From the NCBI RefSeq assembly GCF_964204865.1, contig NC_135259.1, forward strand, positions 6,758,001 through 6,822,000: a DNA stretch of 64,000 nucleotides, written 5' to 3'. Positions within the stretch are counted from its first letter, which is position 1. Each line of letters opens with the position of its first letter. The stretch is from Styela clava. Taxonomy: Eukaryota. The notes beneath the pieces were generated by a model. The model did no database searches. It worked only from the letters and a program-made list of their open reading frames with translations, and was not told the origin of the DNA. This document shows, in pieces, positions 40,101 through 52,537 of this stretch. The translations under genes and the position numbers were made by a program.

Positions 40101-43100
40101 TAAAAAAATTGACTCTGGCCCCAACTATTGTCTTATGGTTAAAAAAAATATTCGGGTGTTCGATTGGATTTTCAACCACGGTAATTTTTTGGGTGAAATA
40201 TAAAGCCGAAATTAGACCATGAGACACATAGGCTATGGTTGCAGAGACCTGTTTCTATACGCGAGAGTCGGGGAGCATTATCCCGTTACTGATTAATATG
40301 ACATTACTGAAAAATAAAATTATCCTTCCATTTTCTAAATAGATCTAAATGAGTCTACCATAAAAAAGGTTCGGAGATAGTAAATTAAAATAAACCATAA
40401 GTTCGATGTTGCTAAGGTAAATAGTTAGTCTATAGCTAGACAATTATTAATTTAATTAAAAAGCAAACAAGTTTATTAAACTTTCAAATCGATTATATTC
40501 TGAAATAAACCTTTAAAATTAAAAGACGTCTTGAAAATGAATTATCGTTTCAAAGTGAATACCGGAGCCGCCAAGGCTTGAGGCCCATAGGCTTCAGCCC
40601 ACCTTGTCTGATGGTAAATCCGGCACTGGTGAAATATCTTAGCTGTAGGCTTCGGAAAAATTGAAAAATAAAAGCAGTTGCTAGCGAATTTCCCATTAGT
40701 GGTGAAAAGAGCGAATTTTCTCTCATAACAACGACATTTAAACTTAGAGAAAGCACTTAGCACGAAAATAGCCACCAAAAGAAGAACAGTTTTCATAAAT
40801 CAGAACTAATTTATTGAGGTAGATGTCACAATTAAAAGCAAAAGCAAAAATAAAGCCCGAAAATAATGGATAATCATGGGTCACTGTTTGCTGTCGGACT
40901 GGAGACGAATGGTAGAAATGTTTTCGTGAAAAGAGTCACAAATATCGGCGTTGTCGTCTGCTATCCCAGGCTGTCGTATTTTCATTAATTTATTTTATTA
41001 AGCTGAAACCATTAATAACTGAGCCCAAAATACGTCTGTGGATCATTTTGATTATTTGTTATTAAAATTATTTCTGAAAAAATGCCTGTTCGCCAATCGT
41101 TACTCGATAGTCGGTGATCGGTTAGAACCGGTACCGATGCTTGACCTCTGCGTTCCTATATATTTGGGCATAAAACTTGAACCCGACATTTAAGGTTTAA
41201 GGCTGTTTTTTTTTTTTGTTAATGTATAACAGATACTATGGATATGTCTTGGCAACGCTAAGATGCTTCGATACGAAAGACTCTTCACAGAATGTCATCG
41301 ACTTTGTCGGAGGCTACATCTTCAACCATATTGTTTCTCGTGCAGCAATAACTCGAACGTTTTATAAAGTATTGGATGAATTCAAACACCGTGATGAAAC
41401 TCATACCTACCCATAAACCAAGCTGACCCCCTATAGTAAAATACAAAAAAATGAATAAGATCGTTTTCGTATTATTAAATTTGATCAAAAAAATTTAGAC
41501 TCGTAACATTGCTTGGGAAAAGTGGTACAACGTTACATATTTACCCTGTTGATGAACATGCTCTTTTCATTTGCATTTGTCATTGCTAATCACTAAATAA
41601 TTTTTCTATGTTGTTACAAATTCGGCGTATAATGTCCGGACCGTTATTCATTCAAGAACAGAGAAGAATGGGTAAAAAAGGTATTAATGAAGTTGTGGAT
41701 TCTTTGGTGTAAGACTAGATACAAACTACACTCTGATAAAAATCCGGTTACTCGATAACTCTTGCATACCTACGTCACTCAAAAGTCCAGATTCGTCAAT
41801 TTTTTTAGATTGTGTGTAAATGTTATAACTCATACTGTTGAAATAAACCTCTAAATTCAAGATATTTTTGAACACGTCTTCTTCTTGTATTTCATTGAAT
41901 GCCTATAACAATACAGAAGTAATCGAATTTCATTTAGTTTATTAAAATATTTGGTAATGTCAATTAGTTGACCAAATCTTCATCCACCTTCTGAATAAAT
42001 ATATTTGATATGCTAAATACCATGCAACAAAGCAGAAATGAACTACTTGAAATGTCCCTCGTCAATCCATATGCAATAGCACCAGCAACGTTTCTTTTAA
42101 AAAACTTTTCTCATTTTTCAGAAGGTACCTTTGACCACTGAGTGTATAAATATACTTATTATAGTTAATGATGGTATTCAGGGGGTTCGGCACAGAATTC
42201 AGCGAACCCGGTCTGATTTTTTGGATTCAGACATTATACAATCGCAACATCGACTAGTGTTATATTCAGCAGTTATGTATTTGATTTTTGTAAAGCGTGA
42301 CTAATGTAGCTTAGGTAATACATATTTATAAAAACCACAAACTTGGATCATAATATCATCTTGGCAAAAGTTACTAAAGCTGATGAAACCGAGTGGGAAA
42401 TTAGGAATATGATAGAATTAATGTTCCAAATAGCCATTGAATGACCTCCAAGTGTTGGGCTACTGTTTGGGCTACCGCTTACCATTATGTTTTCCAATGT
42501 TGTAATTCCTGGAAAGGTTGCATATGACACTGAAACGTCATATTTCGTGAAGTGGCAAGGCGTAGTACAATTGCAATCACTTGTGGAATACTAATGATAG
42601 AACGTAAATATAAAATAATAAAAAATCAAGTCAAAAAACATATATATGTCGAAGAATCCATTTTGAACATGTAATTCCAACTTGAATGTTGCTGTACCAA
42701 TTTGATCGGCTAATCGCTATATTGAAACAGTATATATATATTTAAATTACATTATGCAAATTTTATAATAAAATCCAACATATAGTTTATACATATGTAC
42801 AGTTTTGTACTGTAAGATATATTGAATATTTCAACCGTAGTACTCACATTTTGTTTCAGTTCAAATAGAAATTGAGAGGCACATTTTCAAACTTGTCCCA
42901 GTGTACATTCATCTGCGTCCTCTTTGGCCCAGTGTTGCGTATGCCATCTGCATCCACATTGGCGAATTAACAATTTGGTGAAACATTCTAAAATGATATT
43001 ATTATCCATTAGTCATATAGTTTACATCATTAATTCATTTTAATATTTCATCTACAAATTTATATTAATAGGTCATATTGATGCTCACAAACGCATTCAT

Positions 43101-44029
43101 AATATAGTATATTGGAGCGAGGTTTGGGTCATTTTGAACCAATCACTTTTAATAGGAATCGCAATTGTTTTCCTGACAGTTAAAATAGGCGAACATCGAG
43201 TCAATATTTTTATCGGGACCAGTTTGTAGCAAGGTAAATATCTAGGTACTACAAGCAGGAATCAAATTTATCTATTGTGAATGGATCAATGTCGATTGTT
43301 GGATGAAATTAAAAACTAACGATTCACAGAAAACCACAAATGTATAAAATGCAACCTTGTTCGCAGTTGTGAAGAGTGTATGTGTTGAAGTATTTCAATT
43401 GTTCGTTCGTCGTATTACATCTTCCCCATGGTTCATACATCAAATTGTAATCTGTTCTTTTAACAGCAAGTAATCCTTTTATTCCTGTTGGTATCGCTAT
43501 ACCGAATGTTTCCACGTCAGGAATTTCATATCTAGGATGAACCTGTGATTATATGAATCATCAAGACTGGCATACCTTTTGTAAAATTATTCGAATTTCG
43601 TGATTGATGAATATGAAAATACAATTGCAATTTTGTTAAAAAATGGTTGTAGATAGCAGGCTCATCTCGGATTAAACTGAGGTTTTATATTTGAGTAAGA
43701 GTTATCTTGAGAACATAAGTAAATAACCTATAGGACACCTGACCTGCATGCATTCACATTAATAGAATGACACGTGCATTTTAAACCAAGTTCTGACAAT
43801 GGAGACGCTTCAAAGTGCCCCCAAACGTAATATTAGCTCGGCCTTAGAGTTGTATGTATACAACGAGTGTAATTCACAAAATGAGTTTAAACCAAGTAAA
43901 TTGAGAATTTAGGATATCATTAAAATCGTTTATGAAACTTCATATCTGGTTTGGCAACAAAAATGGAATCGAACACTACCTATAAATTGTGACCAAGATA
44001 CAGATACTATCGCTAACAATGGTTGTGAC

Positions 44030-44205
44030 TTATCGATCTCGGTCGGTAAGTATGTTGATAGGTATTTGTCTGTTTGTTTGTTTGTTTGTTTCGTATGTTA
44101 CGCGATATCTCACGAAAGCGAGGCTGCTCCAAATTTTGCATGTGCGTTCATCAGGTATCGAAACCGCAAATCGATCAGTCGGCGGTCTCCGATCGCTTTC
44201 TAGTT
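44030..44205 (+). mobile_element. Helentron-associated (HINE/DINE-1-like) short element
   Basis: TTATCGATC start, (GTTT)n microsatellite, CGATATCTC and AAATTTTGCATG core, a 3' GATCG-bounded hairpin region and TTCTAGTT end, a layout typical of DINE-1/HINE elements. Confidence 0.5.
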
Positions 44206-44880
44206 TAAAATTTCTTAGAGCATAATTAGAACAATTAAATTTAAACCTGAATTTTGATGCCTGCTTCCATAATACCATGCATAGGTTCTTCAGTATATCG
44301 CACTTGCTTGGCGTCGATTTCCATAGAGAAACCATTTCCCGCGCCGGGAACGTTTTGGTCCAATACTCTCCCTTCCTTATTAAAGGTAAAACATTTACCG
44401 AGTGAAGATATTGATTCTGTAAACTCCTCTTGACGACAAGATCTTGATCTATATCTGGTGCATAAACAAATAATATCAAATATATCAACAGTGATTATTA
44501 TTTTCGAATTGGACCTTGTATCATTTCGCCGTTGTTGTCGCTTTTCTCCTCGGCTACTGGATCAAACGATTGAAAATTTTAAACGTTTCGAAATGATGAA
44601 AGAAACCGATATTTTTTTCAAGTTTTTCTGGGATCGCTACTTCACTCTAAATTTTACCTTATTAATTTATGTCATGTGAAAACTTTTGTACGATCTTTGG
44701 GCTTTGTGTCCATGTATTTAGGTGCTGCTCACTTGGTATCTATGGTATTATTGCTTTATTTGTATATGTGATAAATCTATCACTTTGGCCTATCACAAGT
44801 GTCGTAATTTCATGAATTACACAAATAAGCGGTCTTGTTCTCACGCTGTTTTCTCGAAAATATAGACTGAACATCTATAA

Positions 44881-45210
44881 TAGAGTTGCCAAACTGGGAT
44901 ACATGTACTCCCAGGAGTACATTTCGACTTTTAAATGGGGTACTATGAATAAAGTATATTGACATTCTTTCCATAACTTCTAATCTGCCCTAAAATATTT
45001 CAAACCCGATGTTAATTTTTCGAAGTTGAGAACTTTTCAATTTCGAAGATTTTAGCAAATGTAGGGGGATATTATGAGTTACATACCTATAAAAATATTA
45101 ATTGTGCATCAAAGCAAGTTGAGCATAGCAACCAAAACTATGAAAAAATTTTGGGGGTACATAAACGAATCAATATATTGTCCGAGGGGTACCGATGAAC
45201 AATAACCCGG
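44881..45210. mobile_element. Degenerate hAT-like MITE relic in channel intron
   Basis: TAGAGTTGCCAAACTGGGATACATGTACTCCCAGGAGTAC start and repeated GGGGTAC subterminal motifs. Confidence 0.35.
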
Positions 45211-46759
45211 ATCTATATAACAAAAATTTTCAATATTAAGTCACATACTTGCAACGCTTTATGTCTGGTCCAATAAAGAATCCATATTTGTTGATATGAG
45301 CTGTTATATTGAAATTGTCACCAAGCTCGTCAAATTTTTCCTCGTTTTCTTTTGTTATATTTCTTGATATTTGGGTAAGGGATGTCAAACGATTCAACGC
45401 ATGAAACTGTCTCAAATCAAGAACTGATGACCTAGGCTTAAAGCATCTGGGTGAAGAAAATAGATAACAAAATTAAAAACTAAAATTTTCTTAATCTAAG
45501 CTATTATTAGGCGTTTAGTCTAAACTTGTTAACGCTCGTACTCGTTAGCTGACGATAGAGACATCAAATTATTCGTCTGTTATAGACATTGCGATCTGTG
45601 ATTTTAATTTGAATAAAATATATATGAATATTTTTTATTGCACTATTGAAACTAAATTGCAATCTTTTCATGTGAAGATTTGTGAAACAATAGATTGTAT
45701 AAATTCAAAATTTTCCCATCAGAGGTATGTGATTTCTGTAAATTTAATGTTGAAACTACTAGCTAATATTTTATGATTATATAATTGTTCAACAGTTTTG
45801 GAAATATCTGAGCATATAGACATATTCAAAAACAGGAATAACTTTCAACTTTTCAAAAGAGATTGCATGGCGGGATATGCTAGTAATTTTCGTAACTTAT
45901 TGTTTAATTGTATCCTTGTTCTTGATACCCGGCTTTATCTAAATATCGATGCAAGATACAAAAATTCAAAGCCTTTGTTCAATTTATTCACCACCTATCT
46001 GTATGAAGTGAGGGAAATTGAACGGTTCATTGCATACAAAAATGACAAAATAAAGGGCTAATATCAAAAATGGAGAATTTCAAGATACATATACAATAAT
46101 TGATTGTATTTATATGATTATGCATGTATAATTTCTGATTGGTGATTATTAATGCAGTAACTGTGCCAATCAACTGTGTTTTATATATTAATGAATATTT
46201 TGAAAAAATTCAATTTTAAATAATATATTATAGTTGAAACAACATAGTATATATATATTACTCTAAAACCATACCTGCAATTAATACCAGCCATGTTATA
46301 CGGACGATCATTTTCTCACCCGTGCAAAAATATGATATGCCGTGACATGATGTTGATGTCACAAATTCTTTGTCCGTCTCAGAGATTAAATTTGCAGTTT
46401 GCTGTTGTCGAGCATTCTTGTTTTTTGTATCAGGCATCTTAATATCGAATTTTGGCGTTATCGAACTTTCATTTGAAAAAGGATAGATTTCTGTAGTCGT
46501 ACTCGGTTAGATCCAGTGGACTGGACTTTGAAATGTTGGTTGTCAATGCTTCTAGTCACTGAAACATTCGTAGTGCCAAAATTGTTCATTCCTGATCATA
46601 TTAGTTTGGACATTTACAAATTTTGCATCTTATCATTTAGTTATCGTTGGTGACTTTCCTCTGCTATAAATTCAAATCACACACAGAAAAGTGTGCGTGT
46701 GGCCATACTCAAATTCTCAAGAAGAGATGTTCAACAACAACATCCTTTCGTCAAAATTT

Positions 46760-47570
46760 AGCCATGAACATAACCAATGTTATTGGTCATTACCTTCTTT
46801 AAATATGTCTTCGTTATAAGTTCCTCTTCGTTATAGTTCTCTTGTGTGCTTGTTTCTGGAACGTCCTACCCCAACCCAGGAACTAAGACAACTGGTAAAG
46901 CCATTAGGCTTTTGAAACATGGTTAACCCAAGAATTTTACAGGAATTTCCCCAATCATCGTTGTTTATTTATGACACCATATTCATAATTTATGTTTCCT
47001 TGTAGCTGTGATAATTTGTTTTTATTGTCACAAATGATCAATTGGTCGTAGGATTTCCACGATATAGTTTGTTGGAAGTTGTGATCAATTATTGAAGTCT
47101 GCGCTGTAATATGAATTGGTACCTTCATGATTTGTTCAAATCTAATTTTCACATTCCAATCCAAGACTTTGAAGTCAGTCTGGAATTGAAAGATGTTTTT
47201 TGCAATATTTGAAAATTGGAATGATAAAGAAACCGTTGATTTGATTTGGTAAACGAATTGGCTACCACATATTTCCATATAAATTGCAACTTTGCGAATC
47301 GAGACGATTGATTGTATTTTACCAAGATAAATGTAATAATGTGTCATATAATGGTAAAAAACGGAAATAATACCATATTTTTCCTGTCTTCTTTTTATAG
47401 TTTGCAAATGATCAATAGGTGTGACAGCCAATCGGTTCGGATCAATATAACTGAGTGTTCAATTTTTTATCACCTTTTGTCGCAAGGTAATAAAAGGTAT
47501 TGATAAGGAACACAGGAGTAAAGAACAATTGAATCTGTTTACTCGTCTCAGCACAGGGAAAGAAGTTGAA
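46760..47570 (-). pseudogene. Decayed coding-like relic, family uncertain
   Basis: A 158-codon open stretch plus flanking stop/frameshift-broken segments (N-terminal hydrophobic FNCSLLLCSLSIPFITL; C-terminal MALPVVLVPGLG...GYVHG) suggest a former type II membrane enzyme. No diagnostic motif recognised. Confidence 0.2.
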
Positions 47571-49847
47571 CATATGCTTGTGTTGCTCAAAACTATTCTT
47601 GTCTATTGAGCGTTTCCAATGCAGTCTACAATGCTCTTCGTGGTCTTTATTGTCTTACATTGAAATAACAACAAAAAAGGTATATCTAACCATGGAATCG
47701 GCTTAAAAACTGATACTGTACAGTTTATATTGGAAAGCAAATTGCTGATATTAAAATACATTTGTTTCTCAGGATATCTCTACAATATAAAATCAAAATA
47801 TAAATATTTGCAATAGCATGTGTATCTTTCCGAATTCATTTGATTTCGTATATATTTGTACACGGCCTCATTATTTCTTTACCAACGGATAGGTTGTAAA
47901 CATTTTAAAATTATTCTCAGGGTAAACATCGATTCGTTTTTCATTTTCATTGACGTTTTCTTGATTCTACTATTGATTGAATTAGCCGAATTGTTCCCTT
48001 TTTTATGGTATTTTGATTGAGTTGCAGTAACCAAAAACCGACTACAAAAAGATTTATGGTAGGCTTACCTATACTGTTTAACAGTACATTAATAGAACGA
48101 GCACCATCAAACGGCCAAGAAACACTTATCCAATTGCCGTATAGTTCACAGTTTAAATTTCACTACAGTCGTTGTGAGATCAGAAGACCATGAATTTCGG
48201 ATCGGGTATTTATTGAAAACAGCAATTCGACACTTTAAATAGCAAAAGAATCAGAAACAACTAATAAAATTCGCAGGCGAATTTACCATGCGGTAAGGTA
48301 GGCTATGGTATAGTGACCGCAAGTTTCAGCAAATTCGATATAGATATTTGAACCATTAATCACTTTTGACAGTAAATTGTAAGTCGCTTTCAAATTTATA
48401 ATAAAACATGATTCAAAATTTTTTTAAACTTTTATCAATTAAACATTTTTTAAAGGGTTACTAACAGATTTCAAATTCAAGTCCTTTCATTAAGAAATGA
48501 TAATTTACCCTGTTATCGCCACTTCCCAATTTCGACACAAGTCTTTAGCACCGCCATATGACGTCATTTCACAAAACTTTAAAGTGAAAAACGAATCTCC
48601 TAATGACCACAAAAATGTTTGAAATGAATAAAAGTGGGGGTGTATGGGTGGTATGCTAAATTTTCTCATGGACATATATACTTATAAAACACTTTACAAG
48701 GCAATCCGTAGCTATTTCGTGCGCAATGAAAATTATTTATATAAGTGGTGATAATAGGATAATCGTAGTTCCTATTATCGTCATAATGACATTTCAGCCA
48801 AATCGCGATGTATCGCTATAGAAATTCTTTTTGTGGGTCCCTGCTGTTGACATTTTTTCTTCCATCGGTAGCTGATGTTCCGGGACTATATATATAAAAT
48901 GTTTCGTAAAGTATTGAAAACTTCAGATGGATTGCAATAAAAAAATGGCGATATATAATAGGATAACTCACTTGGCCCAAATCTTTACCGATCAAAAACT
49001 TAGAAAAAGAAATTTAAATTGGAAAATTCACCGTAATAATGCTTTTATTTTTTGAACAAAAGTAAGAAAAATAAGAACCATGCCCACTCCTCACCTTTTC
49101 CGACTACGAACGGGTATTATATATGACCCTAGGCTTTCTGGTACCATGGCGTTTTATTGCAAACTTGAGTTTCGTAAGGTCTTTTTCAATTTACCTTCAA
49201 TATATAATCAATACGTATTTTCTCTACGATCAAAATTTTGTATTTCATGCGATATATAAAAATTGCGCTGTAACACCGTAATACATTCTACAAAACCAGT
49301 AGATATCTTTTATGGATACGTAGATGATGAGTTTTTTTTTTTTACAATAATTATAAGTCAATTCATTGGTTTAGTTTCTAAATTCTACCAGTAATGAAAT
49401 CCTATTATGAAACAACTTCATAATCACACTTTTTATTTACAGTTATGAAACGAACGAATCAAATTAAATAGAGCATAATCATGTGGAAAAAGATACCATA
49501 CGCTGGAATATTCGAGCTAGTAACATAATTTAGTCTTTAAAGCAAAATTGGATTCACTTCTCCTGCAATCGAAGACACCCTTCAAATAAATAAACCGCTG
49601 TTATAATGATTGTGTTGGTAGATGGGAAGATTTAACGAGTCTATTTAAAAAAATAACTTAATTATACATCATTTAAAGCCATTTGAATGTTACAGGAATG
49701 TTTTCCAAACCTCCCCAGGTATACACAACCATGTTTTGGGAGAAATCAAAGTCAAAAGCCTTACAATGGAAGAACATGAAAAATATATAGTAAAAGGTAA
49801 CCGGTACAAAAAATAAATATGAAAAATAAAAACATTACATAGCGTAC

Positions 49848-50032
49848 AGCAGTCATAGAAAATATTTAGCATTTCAGAAAAATTAATTCACAAAGTAAAT
49901 AGCAGCCATAGGAAATATTTTGCATTACAGAAAAATAGCTCACATAGTAAATAGCAATCATAAAAAATAGTTTGCATTACGAAAAAAATAGTTCATATAG
50001 TAAGCAGCAGTCATAGAAAAAACATTTGCATT
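49848..50032 (+). repeat. Degenerate ~52-53 bp minisatellite, ~3.5 copies
   Basis: Unit AGCAGTCATAGAAAATATTTNGCATTACAGAAAAATAGNTCACANAGTAAAT repeated in tandem. Confidence 0.7.
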
Positions 50033-50386
50033 GAAGTGAAAGAAAATTTAGTATACAATTCAGCAACCAATGAAAGGGTAGGCCTTGTTGACCTCGGGCC
50101 AAGTCGAGAAAAAGATTAAAATTCAGCAGCTACACATGCCTTACAATTTTACATTCAATCAATAGAAGGGAATTTTTGAGACTATTGCTATTTTACGCAA
50201 CTCATGCAGTGAAAGAAAACACCCTTGTTAGCATGGTCTGGCAAGCAGTGGCAGCTTTGGACAGTAATGACTGAAAGTTTTAGAATCTTGTGAGCAATGA
50301 GCATGTTCCAAAGTTTTATCAATGTTCGAAACCACTTACATTTGCAGAAGCACTTTTTCCATCATGAAGAGTTTGAAATCTTATAG

Positions 50387-51115
50387 CAGGCATGTCCAAC
50401 CTTTTTAGTGCCGCGGGCTACTTTCACATGAGGAAACTCATTGCGGCCGCAAACTTAAATACAGTATATATGTATACACCAGTTATGATTTACGTTATGA
50501 TTTGCGCGTCGCTGAATCAAACGCTCCTTTTGCACAAAGCTATTGCGAATATCTGAAGACAATATGCACGCATTTTTAAGCAGTGACTGAATCTTAGAAG
50601 TTTCATTCGCCGCGAAAATAACATACACACGATAACAAAATACAAACAGAATAAAAAACGTATACCGGAGCCAGTAGCAAAGATACTGTACACTTTTTAT
50701 TTTACGATGGGATGATCAAAGCCTACACAAAAGATAATATATATTCATAATGAATTGAATTTTGTTGCAAATTTATTCATATCATTTTCCTCGATCATTG
50801 ATTGCACAATAGCTCGTTGTAAAGAGAGGTTTAATACAACAAGCTGAAATGGACAAATAGTCCATATCAGTGTTCACTACAGCCGAAGTAAATTGAAGGC
50901 GATGTCTCGAAAATTTCCATTTAGTCGTTTCCCTCGCGCGTTTGAAAGACGTTGAATAATTAACCAAAACAGTCAACAATGTCAATTGTGGCTCAAATAT
51001 GTGGGAGAAATCGTGTTACGTTAATTTCATTTAATTTCGAAAAATACTGCGCGGGCCACTCGGAACTCTTCAGAGGGCGACATGTGGCCCGCGGGCCACG
51101 GGTTGGACGAACCTG
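50387..51115. mobile_element. hAT-type MITE with 8-bp TSD
   Basis: TIRs CAGGCATGTCCAACC / GGTTGGACGAACCTG, GCGGGCCAC subterminal motifs, and TSD TCTTATAG at 50379-50386 and 51116-51123. Confidence 0.88.
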
Positions 51116-52537
51116 TCTTATAGTGTATGTACATATACAAAAACTTTTTGTATGCTGTAATAAGTTTTCTGGTGGTTTTTGCATGTTTGAGCTTGATAAA
51201 TGACAAACACTGATCAATGTGTTTGCACAAAAAAGTGTTTGCTATGTATTTCTCTGTTTACCTATTCTCCATATCCAACAAACCGTGCTGTCGGACGACG
51301 TAAAAAGGCATGGCACAATGAAATAATGAGTACCGGTAAAGCGTTGGAAGTTTCTGCTCGTTGTATAATATGATCATTGTACCGGAATACATTGTTTGCA
51401 TTTGATACTGGGTTTTTTGAAGCATGCTACTGCTAGTGCTACTCAACATGATCCTAATCCGGAACGTTGAAATGTTCAGTTCCACTCGTGACTGTTATCG
51501 TTGTTTGTATTGGATTACATGATTAGCTGCTTAGAAGGGTGATTCCGTGAGGCGTGGTTAAAAAATATTGTATATTGTGCAGAAGAAAGAACTCTTTTGC
51601 ACTGATTCACAACCGAAAGAAATTGAGGCGTCATAATTAGAGCGATGTAGCAGCGCGCACAATGGATGTCAATTTGTTTTTTTGGTTAACTTTTGGCTAA
51701 AATTTATACGCACCATCTTGGATTACGGTACTCGGTTCATTTTACTTGTTCAACTTGCAAGAATCTGTTCAAGAAGGCTAATTTTCAATTTTAGCTTACA
51801 GGTTTTGGTAAACACTTCTGAGTAGCCTATAAGCGTTTTGATAGTATTGTACATTTTTCGCACCTGCCTTTTCAGACTTGTTTCCTGTGAGTTCATAAAA
51901 CCCACACTGATATTACAGTAATAGGTCAAGACAATGAGAAAACTTGGTGAGCTATGGCTATGAGCTAAACCTATGGCTTAGATTTTAAGCAATTATTACC
52001 GGGATACGGTCTTAATTTCTGTCGTTTTGTATAAAGAATATTGGGAACCCCTAATCTTAGATAAAAAATTTCCATTCCAATTAATTTTTCGATGCTTTAG
52101 ATATTGGAACCGTGGGTTTCTGCTCGCAGGTTTGATAACTATCCTCGATTCCTCGCTGCTTTCTTTCGATTTGTTCTCCCGTAATATTATCTTTGACTTT
52201 TTCTCCTAGTTTGCTATACTGTTGTTTTTATATTTCACTGATATATACTGAAACGTTTCTCAACATGCCAATGAAGCCTATTCTTTGGCCATGAATTTTA
52301 TTTCTGCGAAACATGTGGCGTTACGCACCCTCTATATCTTTCCAGTTACATTTTTTTGAATGCTTGAGATTTAGTTGCTGCGTTTGCGAAATAATTCGGC
52401 ATCTACAACGTTTTGATATACAATGATTAAACAAAATCAATACAATGATAAACTTCTGGCTTCCATTTTTATTACACAACAGTGGACAATATATCGCTAT
52501 TTCATGTTTCCACAGCCTAATAAGCTCTAATATCAAG

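Larger units (their letters stand above)
41285..46437 (-). pseudogene. ASIC/DEG-ENaC family ion channel, probable pseudogene
   Basis: Exons 46437-46275 (STSCHGISY...RITWLVLIA), 45446-45249, 44454-44247 (LGKCFTFN...GAGNG...EAGIKIQ), 43542-43356 (VHP..EIP..FGIAIPTG...PWGRC...YTLHNC), 42987-42848 (C...CGC... with in-frame TGA at 42889-42887), 42590-42483 (CNCTTPC), 41902-41770 (LLSDVG), 41430-41285 (GQLGLWVGMSFITVFEF). The exon for the end of TM1 and the FPAVTICN motif could not be found, and the phases of exons 1 and 2 do not join. Confidence 0.8.

Noticed and set aside
42887-42889. Selenocysteine or readthrough TGA in the channel gene
   Set aside because: The position is not a conserved Cys, no SECIS-like hairpin was recognised downstream, and an exon is also missing; a simple nonsense change is more parsimonious.
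44030-44488. 152-aa ORF from the track as a separate gene
   Set aside because: It is an alternative frame over the channel exon 44454-44247 plus a repeat.
52445-52537. N-terminal extension of the kelch protein from ATG 52445
   Set aside because: A strong acceptor at 52507-52515 indicates this stretch is mostly intron; ATG 52538 is in better context.
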